The notes under the pieces were generated by a model. It saw only the letters and a list, made by a program, of their open reading frames with translations. It was not told where the DNA came from and did no database searches. A DNA stretch of 58,351 nt from a virus (Duplodnaviria; Caudoviricetes): the IMG/VR virus record IMGVR_UViG_3300026196_000002, positions 1 to 58,351 of that record; one strand, written 5' to 3'. Position numbers and translations under genes: made by a program. Below, one piece after another: positions 18,706 through 27,362 of the stretch (position 1 is its first letter; every line of letters begins with the position of its first letter).

Positions 18706-18984
18706 ATGAAATGCGACAAACACGATTGCTGGCTTGATGAAGAACCAAATAACCCAAGTGCGCTGTACTGCCCATTGTGCGAGGCAGAGCGGGACGTTAG
18801 TCCGGTTGACGAACTTGTTAGACCGCAGGCGCATATTGCAAGCGATTGCTCTGCAGAACACTTTGAGCGCGTGTTTAACTGGCAGAAACAAAATTTTACC
18901 TGCGCTAAATGTGGGACTGGACGCAGTGTGAAATATAAGAAGGGTGGAAAGCCGTACTGCAATATGTGTGTTCTAGCGGGCTAA
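18706..18984 (+). CDS. Cassette ORF, multiple Zn-finger motifs, starting inside the attC loop
   Basis: CDKH, CPLC, CAKC, CNMC. Confidence 0.7.
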   Translation: MKCDKHDCWLDEEPNNPSALYCPLCEAERDVSPVDELVRPQAHIASDCSAEHFERVFNWQKQNFTCAKCGTGRSVKYKKGGKPYCNMCVLAG

Positions 18985-19105
18985 CGAGGGAGTTGAGCGC
19001 TGCGGCGGTAGCGCACTGGCGAACCACCGCAATTTTGCTCTTGTAAATTTGCAGAATATTTTTCCGTCCGCTCGAACGTTTGGTTAGATTTACGGAGGCT
19101 ATAGA

Positions 19106-19315
19106 ATGGCAAGCGCGTATAGAGATGTTGATATTCGTGGACTTAGAAAGGCGCATTTTAACCAACTGCGAAACTATGTGCACAGTAGAGATGAGGAAGG
19201 CTGGTACTACGGCAACAAGGAGCAGTTTGAAAAGAGGCACGAAGACCTGAAACAATGGATTGATTCTGTTTGCGATCTATTTAACCAGAGTGATGTTGTT
19301 ATTGAGAAGAAGTAA
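19106..19315 (+). CDS. Cassette ORF, hypothetical
   Basis: RBS GGAGG; GWYYGNKEQFEKRH motif. Confidence 0.75.
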   Translation: MASAYRDVDIRGLRKAHFNQLRNYVHSRDEEGWYYGNKEQFEKRHEDLKQWIDSVCDLFNQSDVVIEKK

Positions 19316-19434
19316 ATCTAACGGTGAAGATAAGCGGCGGGGATTGACTGCCGACCCGCGAAGCGGCAACGCACAGCTAACCCCGTCCGACTTGATTATT
19401 TGGTTCTATTTCTAACCTGAAACGGAGAACGATT

Positions 19435-19617
19435 ATGGAAGTTTACAGACCGGACCGCCGCTGTGAAATTACCGGAATGCCACTTGACACATCTTCTATG
19501 GGTTTTTGGTCTTCGCCATTTAAAAAGGCTAAACGTGGCGGTACAAAAAGGACTGCTAAACAAAAAGAAAAGCAAAAGATGCAAAAGGCTAGCAGGCGTA
19601 AAAACCAGAAGAAATAG
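19435..19617 (+). CDS. Cassette ORF, highly basic
   Basis: KMQKASRRKN C-terminus. Confidence 0.7.
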   Translation: MEVYRPDRRCEITGMPLDTSSMGFWSSPFKKAKRGGTKRTAKQKEKQKMQKASRRKNQKK

Positions 19618-19759
19618 AACGTGAGTTATTAACCGGCGACAACGAGACTTAACAACTTACAGCGCAATTTAGATTTTTCTTTTCGGACAAAAACAGAAGC
19701 CGATTTCGTCCGGTTGAATTATTTGTTAGTTTGCGCTGTTACAAAAGAGGGAGGACGAT

Positions 19760-19942
19760 ATGCAATTGACACTACAGGAAGTTATGGATATTTGCCCTAG
19801 TTGGGATGATTTCTGCGAGTTAAAGGGCTTCAGCCCTTATGCAGTAAATGAGGGAGGTGGACACGTTGAGGTGAGCTTGACGCTTGAGGAAGCCTGCAAT
19901 TTGAAGATGGTAAAAAGCTGGAAGTACCCACAAGAAAACTAA
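19760..19942 (+). CDS. Cassette ORF next to the attI-like site
   Basis: RBS GGAGG; stop codon in AACTAAC. Confidence 0.75.
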   Translation: MQLTLQEVMDICPSWDDFCELKGFSPYAVNEGGGHVEVSLTLEEACNLKMVKSWKYPQEN

Positions 19943-19955
19943 CCAGCATTAGGCG
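19937..19955 (-). other. Candidate attI-like primary insertion site of array 1
   Basis: Minus strand reads CGCCTAAT-GCTG-GTTAGTT; core site with no attC hairpin; same motif as 48186-48204. Confidence 0.6.
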
Positions 19956-19997
19956 TACCATCCAAGGTGGTGGGGCAAAATGCCGCAGGAGGGGCGT

Positions 19998-20243
19998 ATG
20001 TTCAAAAAGAAAAAACGTGGGTCACGAAAATACGAATGGGCGAAGCAGTACAAGGCGGTGGGAAGGATATCTGAAGACCCGCCGGACTATCCGCACATCC
20101 CAAATACGAATGAACCCGTCATTGAAGTGATTGCAAAACATAATCTCCTTGGTGTGATTCACGAATACAAGTGCTATCCGACCATGGCAAGGTGTGACAG
20201 TTTTGATTTGTTCGTTGATGGCGAGCTTCTAGTCCGTTGCTGA
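19998..20243 (+). CDS. Hypothetical protein
   Basis: RBS AGGAGG. Confidence 0.55.
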   Translation: MFKKKKRGSRKYEWAKQYKAVGRISEDPPDYPHIPNTNEPVIEVIAKHNLLGVIHEYKCYPTMARCDSFDLFVDGELLVRC

Positions 20244-20566
20244 TAGCTCCACCATTTGAGGTTCTGTACTGAATTGGCTTATTTAGCGCCGACGCTAAGT
20301 CTTCAGAAATAAACGGGATAACGTTGTTTGCAGATAGATATACCGGAAGATTGGCGCCACCCTCAGACGCCTGCTTTCTTCGCCAGTGCGCGTCACTCCC
20401 GCAATGGAGGCTGGCGTTACAGGCCACGTCTGGTCCCTTGGGGACATCGCAAAATTATTAGATTCAAACTGACCCACTACCAAGATTTTAAACCGCTTGA
20501 AAAAAAATTAGTTTTAGATTAATATCAGTGGGATTAGTTTATGGGGTAAGCCAAGAAAGGGAGCGG

Positions 20567-20767
20567 ATGAGTAAAAAAACACCCGATACACTTGCCAGGG
20601 AGGTCCTTCTCAGGGCAGGTGTTGATTTAGAAAAACTCCTTCCCCTCCTTCTTCGGGCGATAGGTCCAGAACACACCGGGGAGGTTGCCATCAACATCAA
20701 TTTTCACACGCACTGCGGCGGGATAAAAAAAGTTCGCAGTGCGATCACAATTAATCAAGCGCAGTAG
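20567..20767 (+). CDS. Small hypothetical protein
   Basis: RBS GGGAG; TGEVAININF..GGI pattern. Confidence 0.55.
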   Translation: MSKKTPDTLAREVLLRAGVDLEKLLPLLLRAIGPEHTGEVAININFHTHCGGIKKVRSAITINQAQ

Positions 20768-20799
20768 GGAGGCTCACTATTAGTGGGCTGTTTTTAGTT

Positions 20800-21375
20800 A
20801 TGGCTCGGGACAGGGAAATTGATTGGGAGCGGGTGGAAGATCTCTATCGCGCCGGGCAAATCTCGATCCGTGAAATAGGGAGACAGTGCGGAGTAACGGA
20901 TACGTCTATCCGCAAAAAAGCGAAACGGGAGGGGTGGGAGAGAGACCTATCAAAAAAGGTCGCAGAAAAGGTTCGCAGTGAGCTGGTTCGCGCCGAAGGT
21001 CGCAGTGAAACCGCCCCGACGGAAAAAGAAATCATCGAACACGCAGCAGCACAGGGGGTAGAGATAGTTCGCAGCCATCAGCGCAGGATCGGTGCGGCGC
21101 AGGAAGTTGCGGATACATTGCTCAAACAGTTGCAGGGTGTGATACTCCACAGCGAAGATATAGAAGAAGAAATCCTAATCGAGACAGCCGAGGACAGAAG
21201 TTCCAAACGACGGGACGCGATGTTTAAGGCTATATCTCTACCGATCCACTCCACAACATTATCTAATCTCACCAACGCTATGAAAACCCTCGTTTTTTTA
21301 GAGCGGCAGGCATTTAACCTGGACGAGTTATCCGGTGCTAACACCCATGAAGATGATTTGGAGATGCTGCGTTGA
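20800..21375 (+). CDS. terS: Terminase small subunit (HTH N-terminus)
   Basis: IDWERVEDLYRAG...SIREI...IRKKAKREGWER; directly upstream of terL. Confidence 0.8.
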   Translation: MARDREIDWERVEDLYRAGQISIREIGRQCGVTDTSIRKKAKREGWERDLSKKVAEKVRSELVRAEGRSETAPTEKEIIEHAAAQGVEIVRSHQRRIGAAQEVADTLLKQLQGVILHSEDIEEEILIETAEDRSSKRRDAMFKAISLPIHSTTLSNLTNAMKTLVFLERQAFNLDELSGANTHEDDLEMLR

Positions 21376-22931
21376 GCGAGGACAGGCTTGAGATCAAACA
21401 GCGGCTTAAGGATGATTTCTGGCACTATGCAGTGAGGTGTCTCAAAATCCGTACCAAAGCCAGCGAAACCCTCCCATTTAATCTCAACCGGGTGCAGAAC
21501 TACATACACCAGCGGCTAGAGGAGCAACGAGAAAAGACAGGGAGGGTCCGCGCTATTATTCTCAAGGGGCGGCAGCAGGGATGCTCGACCTATGTTGAGG
21601 GGCGGTTTTATTGGCGGGTGACCCATACCCCTGGTGCTCGGGCGTTTATCCTAACCCACGAGCAGGCGGCAACTGATAATTTATTTGACATGGTGTCACG
21701 CTATCACGAAAACTGCCCATCACAGGTCAAACCGCGAACCGGAGCATCGAGCGCAAAGGAACTGAGTTTTGACCGGCTCGACAGCGGGTACAAAGTCGGT
21801 ACTGCCGGGACTAAAGCGGTCGGGCGGTCTTCTACGTTCCAGTTATTCCACGGGTCGGAGGTGGCATTTTGGCCAAATGCCCAGGATCACGCGGCGGGTG
21901 TCCTGCAGGCGGTTCCGGATGAGGCCGGGACTGAGGTCATATTGGAGTCAACGGCCAACGGGATCGGTAACTACTATCACACCCAATGGCAGGATGCCGA
22001 GGCCGGATTATCGGATTTCATCGCGGTTTTTATCCCATGGTACTGGCAGGAGGAGTACAGCCGCGAGCCCGGGGAAAATTTCACCCTGAGCACTGATGAG
22101 GTTAAATACCAGGAAGAATACGGCCTGAATTTAGGTCAAATAGCCTGGAGGCGGGCGAAAATCATCGAGTTGGGCAGTGGTGGCCTGTTTAGACAGGAGT
22201 ACCCAGCGACGGCGGCAGAGGCGTTTCAGTCGTCTGGGGATGGCTACATTTTGCCTGAGATTGTCATGGGTGCTAGAAAGGCGAAAGCGGTGGAGCGGTT
22301 CGGACCTGTCCTGATCGGGGTTGACCCCTCTGCCGGGAGGACGGATAAAGCGGACCGAACAGCAATTATCCGACGCCAAGGCCGCGTTGCCTATGGTCTG
22401 GAAACGATGACAAAACTTGGGCCGCTTGGGACCATGCAAATTGTCGCAAGGATTATTGCCATTATTAACCAAGAGAGGCCGGATAAAGTTTTTCTGGACC
22501 GGGCAGGGTTAGGTGTCGGAATTCTCGACCGCCTGCATGAGTTGGGCTACGGAGATGTGGTGGTTGGTGTCAATGGTGGCGACGCAGCCAGCGACCCAAA
22601 ACGCTGGAAGAACAAAAAAGCCGAGATGTGGGACACCTGTTACACATGGCTCAAGGATCAGCCCTGCCAGATCCCCGATAGCGATGAGCTCCATGCCGAC
22701 CTGACCGGTATCCAGGGTGGGTGGGACAGTAACAGTTGTTTAGTGATGGAGACTAACGAGCATCTAGCCTCAAGAAAGATCCGCTCTCCTGATACGGCGG
22801 TGGCTTTGTGTTTGACCCATTCGTACCCGATGCGCCTAGAGATGTCATCTGCACCATTAACCACCCCGCAGGAGGATTGGCTGATTATTCAAGGGCAGAG
22901 CCATGGTGGCCGCGCCGTTAACCTGGAGTAA
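21372..22931 (+). CDS. terL: Terminase large subunit
   Basis: ILKGRQQGCST (Walker A), FHGSEVAFW (Walker B), ESTANG, nuclease motifs IGVDPS and SPDTA. Confidence 0.95.
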   Translation: MSEDRLEIKQRLKDDFWHYAVRCLKIRTKASETLPFNLNRVQNYIHQRLEEQREKTGRVRAIILKGRQQGCSTYVEGRFYWRVTHTPGARAFILTHEQAATDNLFDMVSRYHENCPSQVKPRTGASSAKELSFDRLDSGYKVGTAGTKAVGRSSTFQLFHGSEVAFWPNAQDHAAGVLQAVPDEAGTEVILESTANGIGNYYHTQWQDAEAGLSDFIAVFIPWYWQEEYSREPGENFTLSTDEVKYQEEYGLNLGQIAWRRAKIIELGSGGLFRQEYPATAAEAFQSSGDGYILPEIVMGARKAKAVERFGPVLIGVDPSAGRTDKADRTAIIRRQGRVAYGLETMTKLGPLGTMQIVARIIAIINQERPDKVFLDRAGLGVGILDRLHELGYGDVVVGVNGGDAASDPKRWKNKKAEMWDTCYTWLKDQPCQIPDSDELHADLTGIQGGWDSNSCLVMETNEHLASRKIRSPDTAVALCLTHSYPMRLEMSSAPLTTPQEDWLIIQGQSHGGRAVNLE

Positions 22932-22935
22932 GCTA

Positions 22936-23217
22936 ATGACCATATCAATCGCCGACATTCTTTTCCTTCTCATCACCTGCGGCATACTTGTTATTTCTAA
23001 TGGGTTTCTGGTCGGTTGGCTGGTCTACCGATCAAAACGAGAGGCACATGAACCGTTGGCGCCACAAAAACGGGAACCAGTGACGCAGAGGGCCGTTAAT
23101 TTGGACGAGTTTGCTATCGAGGACGATCCGGGTCTAGCGGCGGTGACGAAAGCCAATCTTGGGCGGATGAACGAGGCGTTTGGGATTGACATTTTGAAGG
23201 ACGAAAAGAAACAATGA
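22936..23217 (+). CDS. Membrane-anchored hypothetical protein
   Basis: N-terminal transmembrane segment. Confidence 0.65.
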   Translation: MTISIADILFLLITCGILVISNGFLVGWLVYRSKREAHEPLAPQKREPVTQRAVNLDEFAIEDDPGLAAVTKANLGRMNEAFGIDILKDEKKQ

Positions 23218-23269
23218 ACCCTCCAGGGGAAACCCTTAACTTACAACCTTAACAATCAAACAAAAATAT

Positions 23270-23380
23270 TTGACTTATATGGTTTAAACTGATATAGCTG
23301 TATCGAATAACTGGACCTACCCAGGCGCGTGTTTCGCTAACCTGTATGGCCGTTCCCCGAAAGGGGTGCGGCCTTTTTTT
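23270..23380 (+). promoter_or_regulatory. Putative late promoter, leader and intrinsic terminator upstream of the portal gene
   Basis: TTGACT-17 bp-TATAGC; hairpin GGCCG...CGGCC followed by a T-run. Confidence 0.55.
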
Positions 23381-23391
23381 GTGGGAAAACT

Positions 23392-25257
23392 ATGGAACAG
23401 AACTGGTCGCTAGTAAACCTCCCGCCCGAAGGTCACGACGACGCTGGACAATTCTTCTGGAATCTCTACCAGGAATCAGAAGCGGAAAAGACCCGTCTGA
23501 ACCTCCCGGACCGTTGGTTAGAAAACCACCGGCTGTATCGTGGCGGTTCTCAAACGGCTACCGCCAAGACCAAGCAGGCGGTAACGGCCAACATTATATT
23601 TTCTAACGTCCAACGTACCGTTGCTAACCTGACCGCCAAAAACCCCGTTGCCGAGGTCGTGTCAACGGATTGGTTCCCGCAGATAGATCCTGAGACGGGA
23701 GAAACGGTTCAGGACGACACCGATTCCATCCTGACCAACAAACTCAAACAGTGGTGGTCAGACTCAGAGCAAAACCACTCGCTCGTTGATTCGACGTTGA
23801 ACCAGGAAAACTACGGTGTCACGTTCGAAAAAGCGGTCTACAGTACCAAGAAAAAACATGGTGACGTGGTGGTGATTGACCCATTCTCTATCATTGTCTG
23901 CCCTGGTTTTTGGGACGACCTCAGTGATGCCCCCTATGTCGGTCATGCCTACCCAGAGCGCACCGAGAAATTATCTAGCATCTATGGCGAGGATGTCTCC
24001 CCAGATAACAATCGGGACGGGTTGGGAGACGAGCGTGAGGACAACCGCCCGATGCTGTCTGGCCAGTATCCGGGGAGCGTCCCCTCCGGTAGTATCAGCA
24101 CTTGGCAGAAGTCGAAAAAGACTGGACGCCCAGACACAACGCTGGTGGCTGAAATCTGGATACGCGATAACCGGATGGTTGACGAGTCGGGACAGCCGAT
24201 ATTCGAGGAAGAGGGCCAGCCCCTCCCAGAAGGCGCCGAACTGAAATACCCGGGCGGAATCCGGATGGTGACTGTGACGTCTGACCTGCGGATACTGGAA
24301 GACCTACCTAACCCGAATGTCAACATGACGCTCTGGCAGGATAAAGAAGCCCGTGAAGCCGTTTCCCAGACCTATTTATTCAGCCATTTCCCGTTCTGGT
24401 ATGCCAATAGTTACCGCGACCCGTCCTCTTTGTGGGGATTCGCCGCAGCCGAACAGGTGGGCGGTTTGGCCGAGCAGATCGGTGAGATTTTAAGCCGCCT
24501 CTACCGCTACCTGGCGCGGGTGATGATGCCTGCCCTGGTGCTGCCGAGAGATTGCGGCGTGACGCTACAGCAGGTTAACAATAACCCCGGCCTAGTTCTC
24601 CAACCGACATCCGGCTCTGTTGCGTCCGGGATTCGTTATCTGGAGATACCCTCTCTACCCTCCGACACAATGCGGCTCTACAACATGCTGCTATCGATGT
24701 TTGATCGGGTGTATCAGATTGAGGATGCCGACCGGGGGGATACGCCAAACAGAATTGTCGCCGCGTCTGCAATTGTGGCCCTTCAGGAGCGTAATGCCGT
24801 TCTCATGCGGCATAAAATCCGCTCAGTGGATTATCTCATCCGACAGCGCGGGCGGGCGGCAATTTCATTTCTGCAGAATTTCGGGGTTGTCTCTGAGGTG
24901 GTTCGAGGCGATGACGATTCTGTGGCCAAACTCAAAGGGATCGATCTGCTGGGCCGTAAATTCAATTATGCGGTCGAGGCCGGGTCAACTATCCCACAAA
25001 CGACACTCCAGACTAAAGAGCAGGCGATGGACCTCTACAAAGAGCGGGCCATTGACGCCCGTGCTCTGCTGGAGGTACTGCAATTTCCCGGCTGGCGCCA
25101 GATTGTCGAGCGGATGGCGGAATCTGGCGGCCAGTTGGACCAAGCTGCGCAAGTGTTTGTCCAAGCGGGTGTCCCGGAGGACCAAGTGCGCATGCTGTTG
25201 CAGGTGGCCATGGAGACACAAGGCGCTCCGGGGGATATACAACAGCCTGCCGCGTGA
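23392..25257 (+). CDS. Portal protein (podovirus/P22-like)
   Basis: 621 aa after terL; AASAIVALQE-type motif and overall pattern. Confidence 0.85.
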   Translation: MEQNWSLVNLPPEGHDDAGQFFWNLYQESEAEKTRLNLPDRWLENHRLYRGGSQTATAKTKQAVTANIIFSNVQRTVANLTAKNPVAEVVSTDWFPQIDPETGETVQDDTDSILTNKLKQWWSDSEQNHSLVDSTLNQENYGVTFEKAVYSTKKKHGDVVVIDPFSIIVCPGFWDDLSDAPYVGHAYPERTEKLSSIYGEDVSPDNNRDGLGDEREDNRPMLSGQYPGSVPSGSISTWQKSKKTGRPDTTLVAEIWIRDNRMVDESGQPIFEEEGQPLPEGAELKYPGGIRMVTVTSDLRILEDLPNPNVNMTLWQDKEAREAVSQTYLFSHFPFWYANSYRDPSSLWGFAAAEQVGGLAEQIGEILSRLYRYLARVMMPALVLPRDCGVTLQQVNNNPGLVLQPTSGSVASGIRYLEIPSLPSDTMRLYNMLLSMFDRVYQIEDADRGDTPNRIVAASAIVALQERNAVLMRHKIRSVDYLIRQRGRAAISFLQNFGVVSEVVRGDDDSVAKLKGIDLLGRKFNYAVEAGSTIPQTTLQTKEQAMDLYKERAIDARALLEVLQFPGWRQIVERMAESGGQLDQAAQVFVQAGVPEDQVRMLLQVAMETQGAPGDIQQPAA

Positions 25258-25266
25258 GGAAAAGTG

Positions 25267-25554
25267 ATGCCAATTTACGCCTGGAACTGCGCCTTGCACG
25301 GCGAGTTCGAATCATTTTACAAGATGGCCGACAAACCAAAGCAAGCCCCCTGCCCTGATTGCGGGGCGGAGAGCCGTCAGGTGCTGACTATAGGCGGGGT
25401 TGAGGGTGACGAACTACCGCCCTGGTTCCGCCACGAGCATGCCAGGGGCTGTTTGCAGTCATCGGGCGAGAAGCCGATTGAAAGTCGGTCTGAATACAAA
25501 AAATACCTGCGGGATAGGGGGATTGTCGAATCCTCAGCCAACAGGGAGTTTTAA
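25267..25554 (+). CDS. FmdB-like zinc-ribbon protein
   Basis: MPIYAWNC..HGEFE...CPDCG. Confidence 0.8.
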   Translation: MPIYAWNCALHGEFESFYKMADKPKQAPCPDCGAESRQVLTIGGVEGDELPPWFRHEHARGCLQSSGEKPIESRSEYKKYLRDRGIVESSANREF

Positions 25555-25611
25555 GCGCAATTAAGCGCACTATTGAGCGGGGAGCCCCACGGGGTCCGCA
25601 AGGAGAGAATC

Positions 25612-26400
25612 ATGGCAAATGGAAAAATTCCGAGTGGCAGCGTGTCCGTCCTGGCGTCGGGGAGCACTGAGCCAAAAACAGAAGAGCCGGTCGAAACCGC
25701 CGTTGAAGAACCAAAGGCCGAACCGACCCCAAACCCCCTGGAAGAGAAGATCTCCAAGCTGGAAAAAGAGTTAGAGAACAGCCAAAAGCTGATTGGTAAA
25801 CACTCAGATGAGGTGAAAACCGCCAGGGGAATGAAGCAAGAACTGGAAGAACTAAAGGCGAGGCTCCCGCAAGAACCGAAAGGACCGACCGTCGAGGAGC
25901 AGATTGACGAGATCAGCGCCAAAATGGAGGACGGGGATATCGGCCTGCGGGAAGGGAACCGGCTGATTGCCCAACTCAGCGCACAGCTTGGCAAAGACCA
26001 GGCAATGACTGAATACGAAAGCCGCCGCCAACAGGAAGAATCCGGCAAGCTCCAACAGCAGTTCATGGAGAAAAACCCGGACTACCAAGATGTGCTGCAA
26101 TCTGGTGCCCTTGAACCGTACCTGAAAGCCGACCCTCTAAACGACGAGTTCTCTGCGTATAAGGAGTTTAAGGCTGACCAGCGGATCAAAGAACTTGAGG
26201 AGCAGTATCGATCCGATCTCGCCGCCGCCAAGGAAGAGGGAGCCAAACTGGCCTCTGGGGCGGAGAACGCGGGGAAGGTCGCCGGGAAGACCGGAACGAC
26301 GTTACGGCCCACTGGAGAAATTAAGAAATTCAACAACTCACGCGAAGCGACTGACGCAATGCAGGCCGAATTACAAAGGATTCGATCCGCGTCAGGATAA
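25612..26400 (+). CDS. Capsid scaffolding protein
   Basis: Acidic coiled-coil directly upstream of the capsid gene. Confidence 0.75.
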   Translation: MANGKIPSGSVSVLASGSTEPKTEEPVETAVEEPKAEPTPNPLEEKISKLEKELENSQKLIGKHSDEVKTARGMKQELEELKARLPQEPKGPTVEEQIDEISAKMEDGDIGLREGNRLIAQLSAQLGKDQAMTEYESRRQQEESGKLQQQFMEKNPDYQDVLQSGALEPYLKADPLNDEFSAYKEFKADQRIKELEEQYRSDLAAAKEEGAKLASGAENAGKVAGKTGTTLRPTGEIKKFNNSREATDAMQAELQRIRSASG

Positions 26401-26412
26401 AGGAGAAACATC

Positions 26413-27354
26413 ATGGCATTCACACTGGACGAGCTTAATGCTCTTACGAAGGTTTACGTTCTCGGCCAAACGGAGGACACCTATTTCCGCTCCCATCCGC
26501 TGTTGTACATGCTGATGGAATCCGTTGAGACCGTCGATGGCGGTTTGACCCTTGACCAGCCGCTTGAGGTTGGCGAAGGGAACAGCGGGGTGTACGGCAA
26601 TTCGACTGTTATCCCGGTCACCAAGAAGGAAGTTTTCAACACGGCGAAATTCCCGTGGGGCGCTTACTTCGCCTCGAACAGCATTGATCTGGATGACCAG
26701 CGCAAAAACAACGGCGAGAGCGCTATTGTTAAGTTGGTTCAAGGCAAACTGTCCAACATCCAGAAGACCATTCGCAAGAAAATGGCCGCTGGCATCTACC
26801 TGGACGATGTTGTTGGTGGAATCCAGGGGTTCCATGGCTTGGCCGCGCTGTTCAATACCGACACTGCAGTAGCCTACGGTGGAATTACCGAAACCCAATA
26901 CGCTAATTGGTCGGCAAATGTCGTCGCGACTGCGACCGTGGCCAACTTCGCTGGGTTCCAGACGATTCGCCGGTCGGCAACCGTCGATACCAACGCCGAG
27001 GGTATGCCGGATTTGTACCTGGCCACCCAACTCCTGCGCGACGCCTTTGAGGCATCTCTGCAGACGAGCGTCCGCTACTCCGACCAGAAAATGGTCAACG
27101 CCGGATTTTCCAACATTCTGTTCGACGGCGCTCCGGTGGTGGCCGATCTCGGCCAGACGGCCTCGCGGGTTGATGCACTCAACACCCGTAAGCTGCGTTT
27201 CGTCTCCCACAAGGACTACAATTTCACCACTCCTAAATGGGAATACGACCGTCAGCAGCCTGACGCGATGACTGCAAACGTTCGCTGGAGTGGGCAGTTG
27301 ACCAACAGCGACCGTGGAGCACATGCCCGTTATACCGGAGTTACCGCCAGCTAA
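26413..27354 (+). CDS. Major capsid protein
   Basis: 313 aa; GGxxLxQPL, YGGI and AGFSNILFDG motifs; position after scaffold. Confidence 0.9.
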   Translation: MAFTLDELNALTKVYVLGQTEDTYFRSHPLLYMLMESVETVDGGLTLDQPLEVGEGNSGVYGNSTVIPVTKKEVFNTAKFPWGAYFASNSIDLDDQRKNNGESAIVKLVQGKLSNIQKTIRKKMAAGIYLDDVVGGIQGFHGLAALFNTDTAVAYGGITETQYANWSANVVATATVANFAGFQTIRRSATVDTNAEGMPDLYLATQLLRDAFEASLQTSVRYSDQKMVNAGFSNILFDGAPVVADLGQTASRVDALNTRKLRFVSHKDYNFTTPKWEYDRQQPDAMTANVRWSGQLTNSDRGAHARYTGVTAS

Positions 27355-27362
27355 ACCATAAC

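Larger units (their letters stand above)
8964..19955 (-). mobile_element. Integron-like cassette array 1 (33 cassettes; attC top strand is the minus strand; no integrase)
   Basis: 32 attC-like imperfect palindromes at 9183-9287, 9528-9615, 9799-9971, 10122-10223, 10490-10619, 10773-10863, 11042-11209, 11400-11494, 12096-12198, 12400-12509, 12737-12825, 12998-13170, 13317-13430, 13641-13758, 13976-14078, 14304-14389, 14582-14692, 14921-15024, 15247-15358, 15568-15676, 15899-15986, 16405-16518, 16714-16816, 17036-17137, 17348-17435, 17642-17777, 17984-18116, 18324-18426, 18655-18823, 18979-19089, 19316-19409, 19614-19731. The GTTNNNN and NNNNAAC cores bounding each cassette are complementary or nearly so. 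Confidence 0.9.

Noticed and set aside
9183-19731. CRISPR array interpretation of the periodic repeats
   Set aside because: The repeats are long, divergent and palindromic, the intervening units are 150-600 bp ORFs with RBSs, and there are no cas genes.
9183-19731. Intergenic palindromes as simple terminators or REP elements
   Set aside because: They lack consistent U-tails, and they show fixed 5/6-nt spacers, asymmetric extrahelical bases and cassette-specific core complementarity that terminators would not explain.
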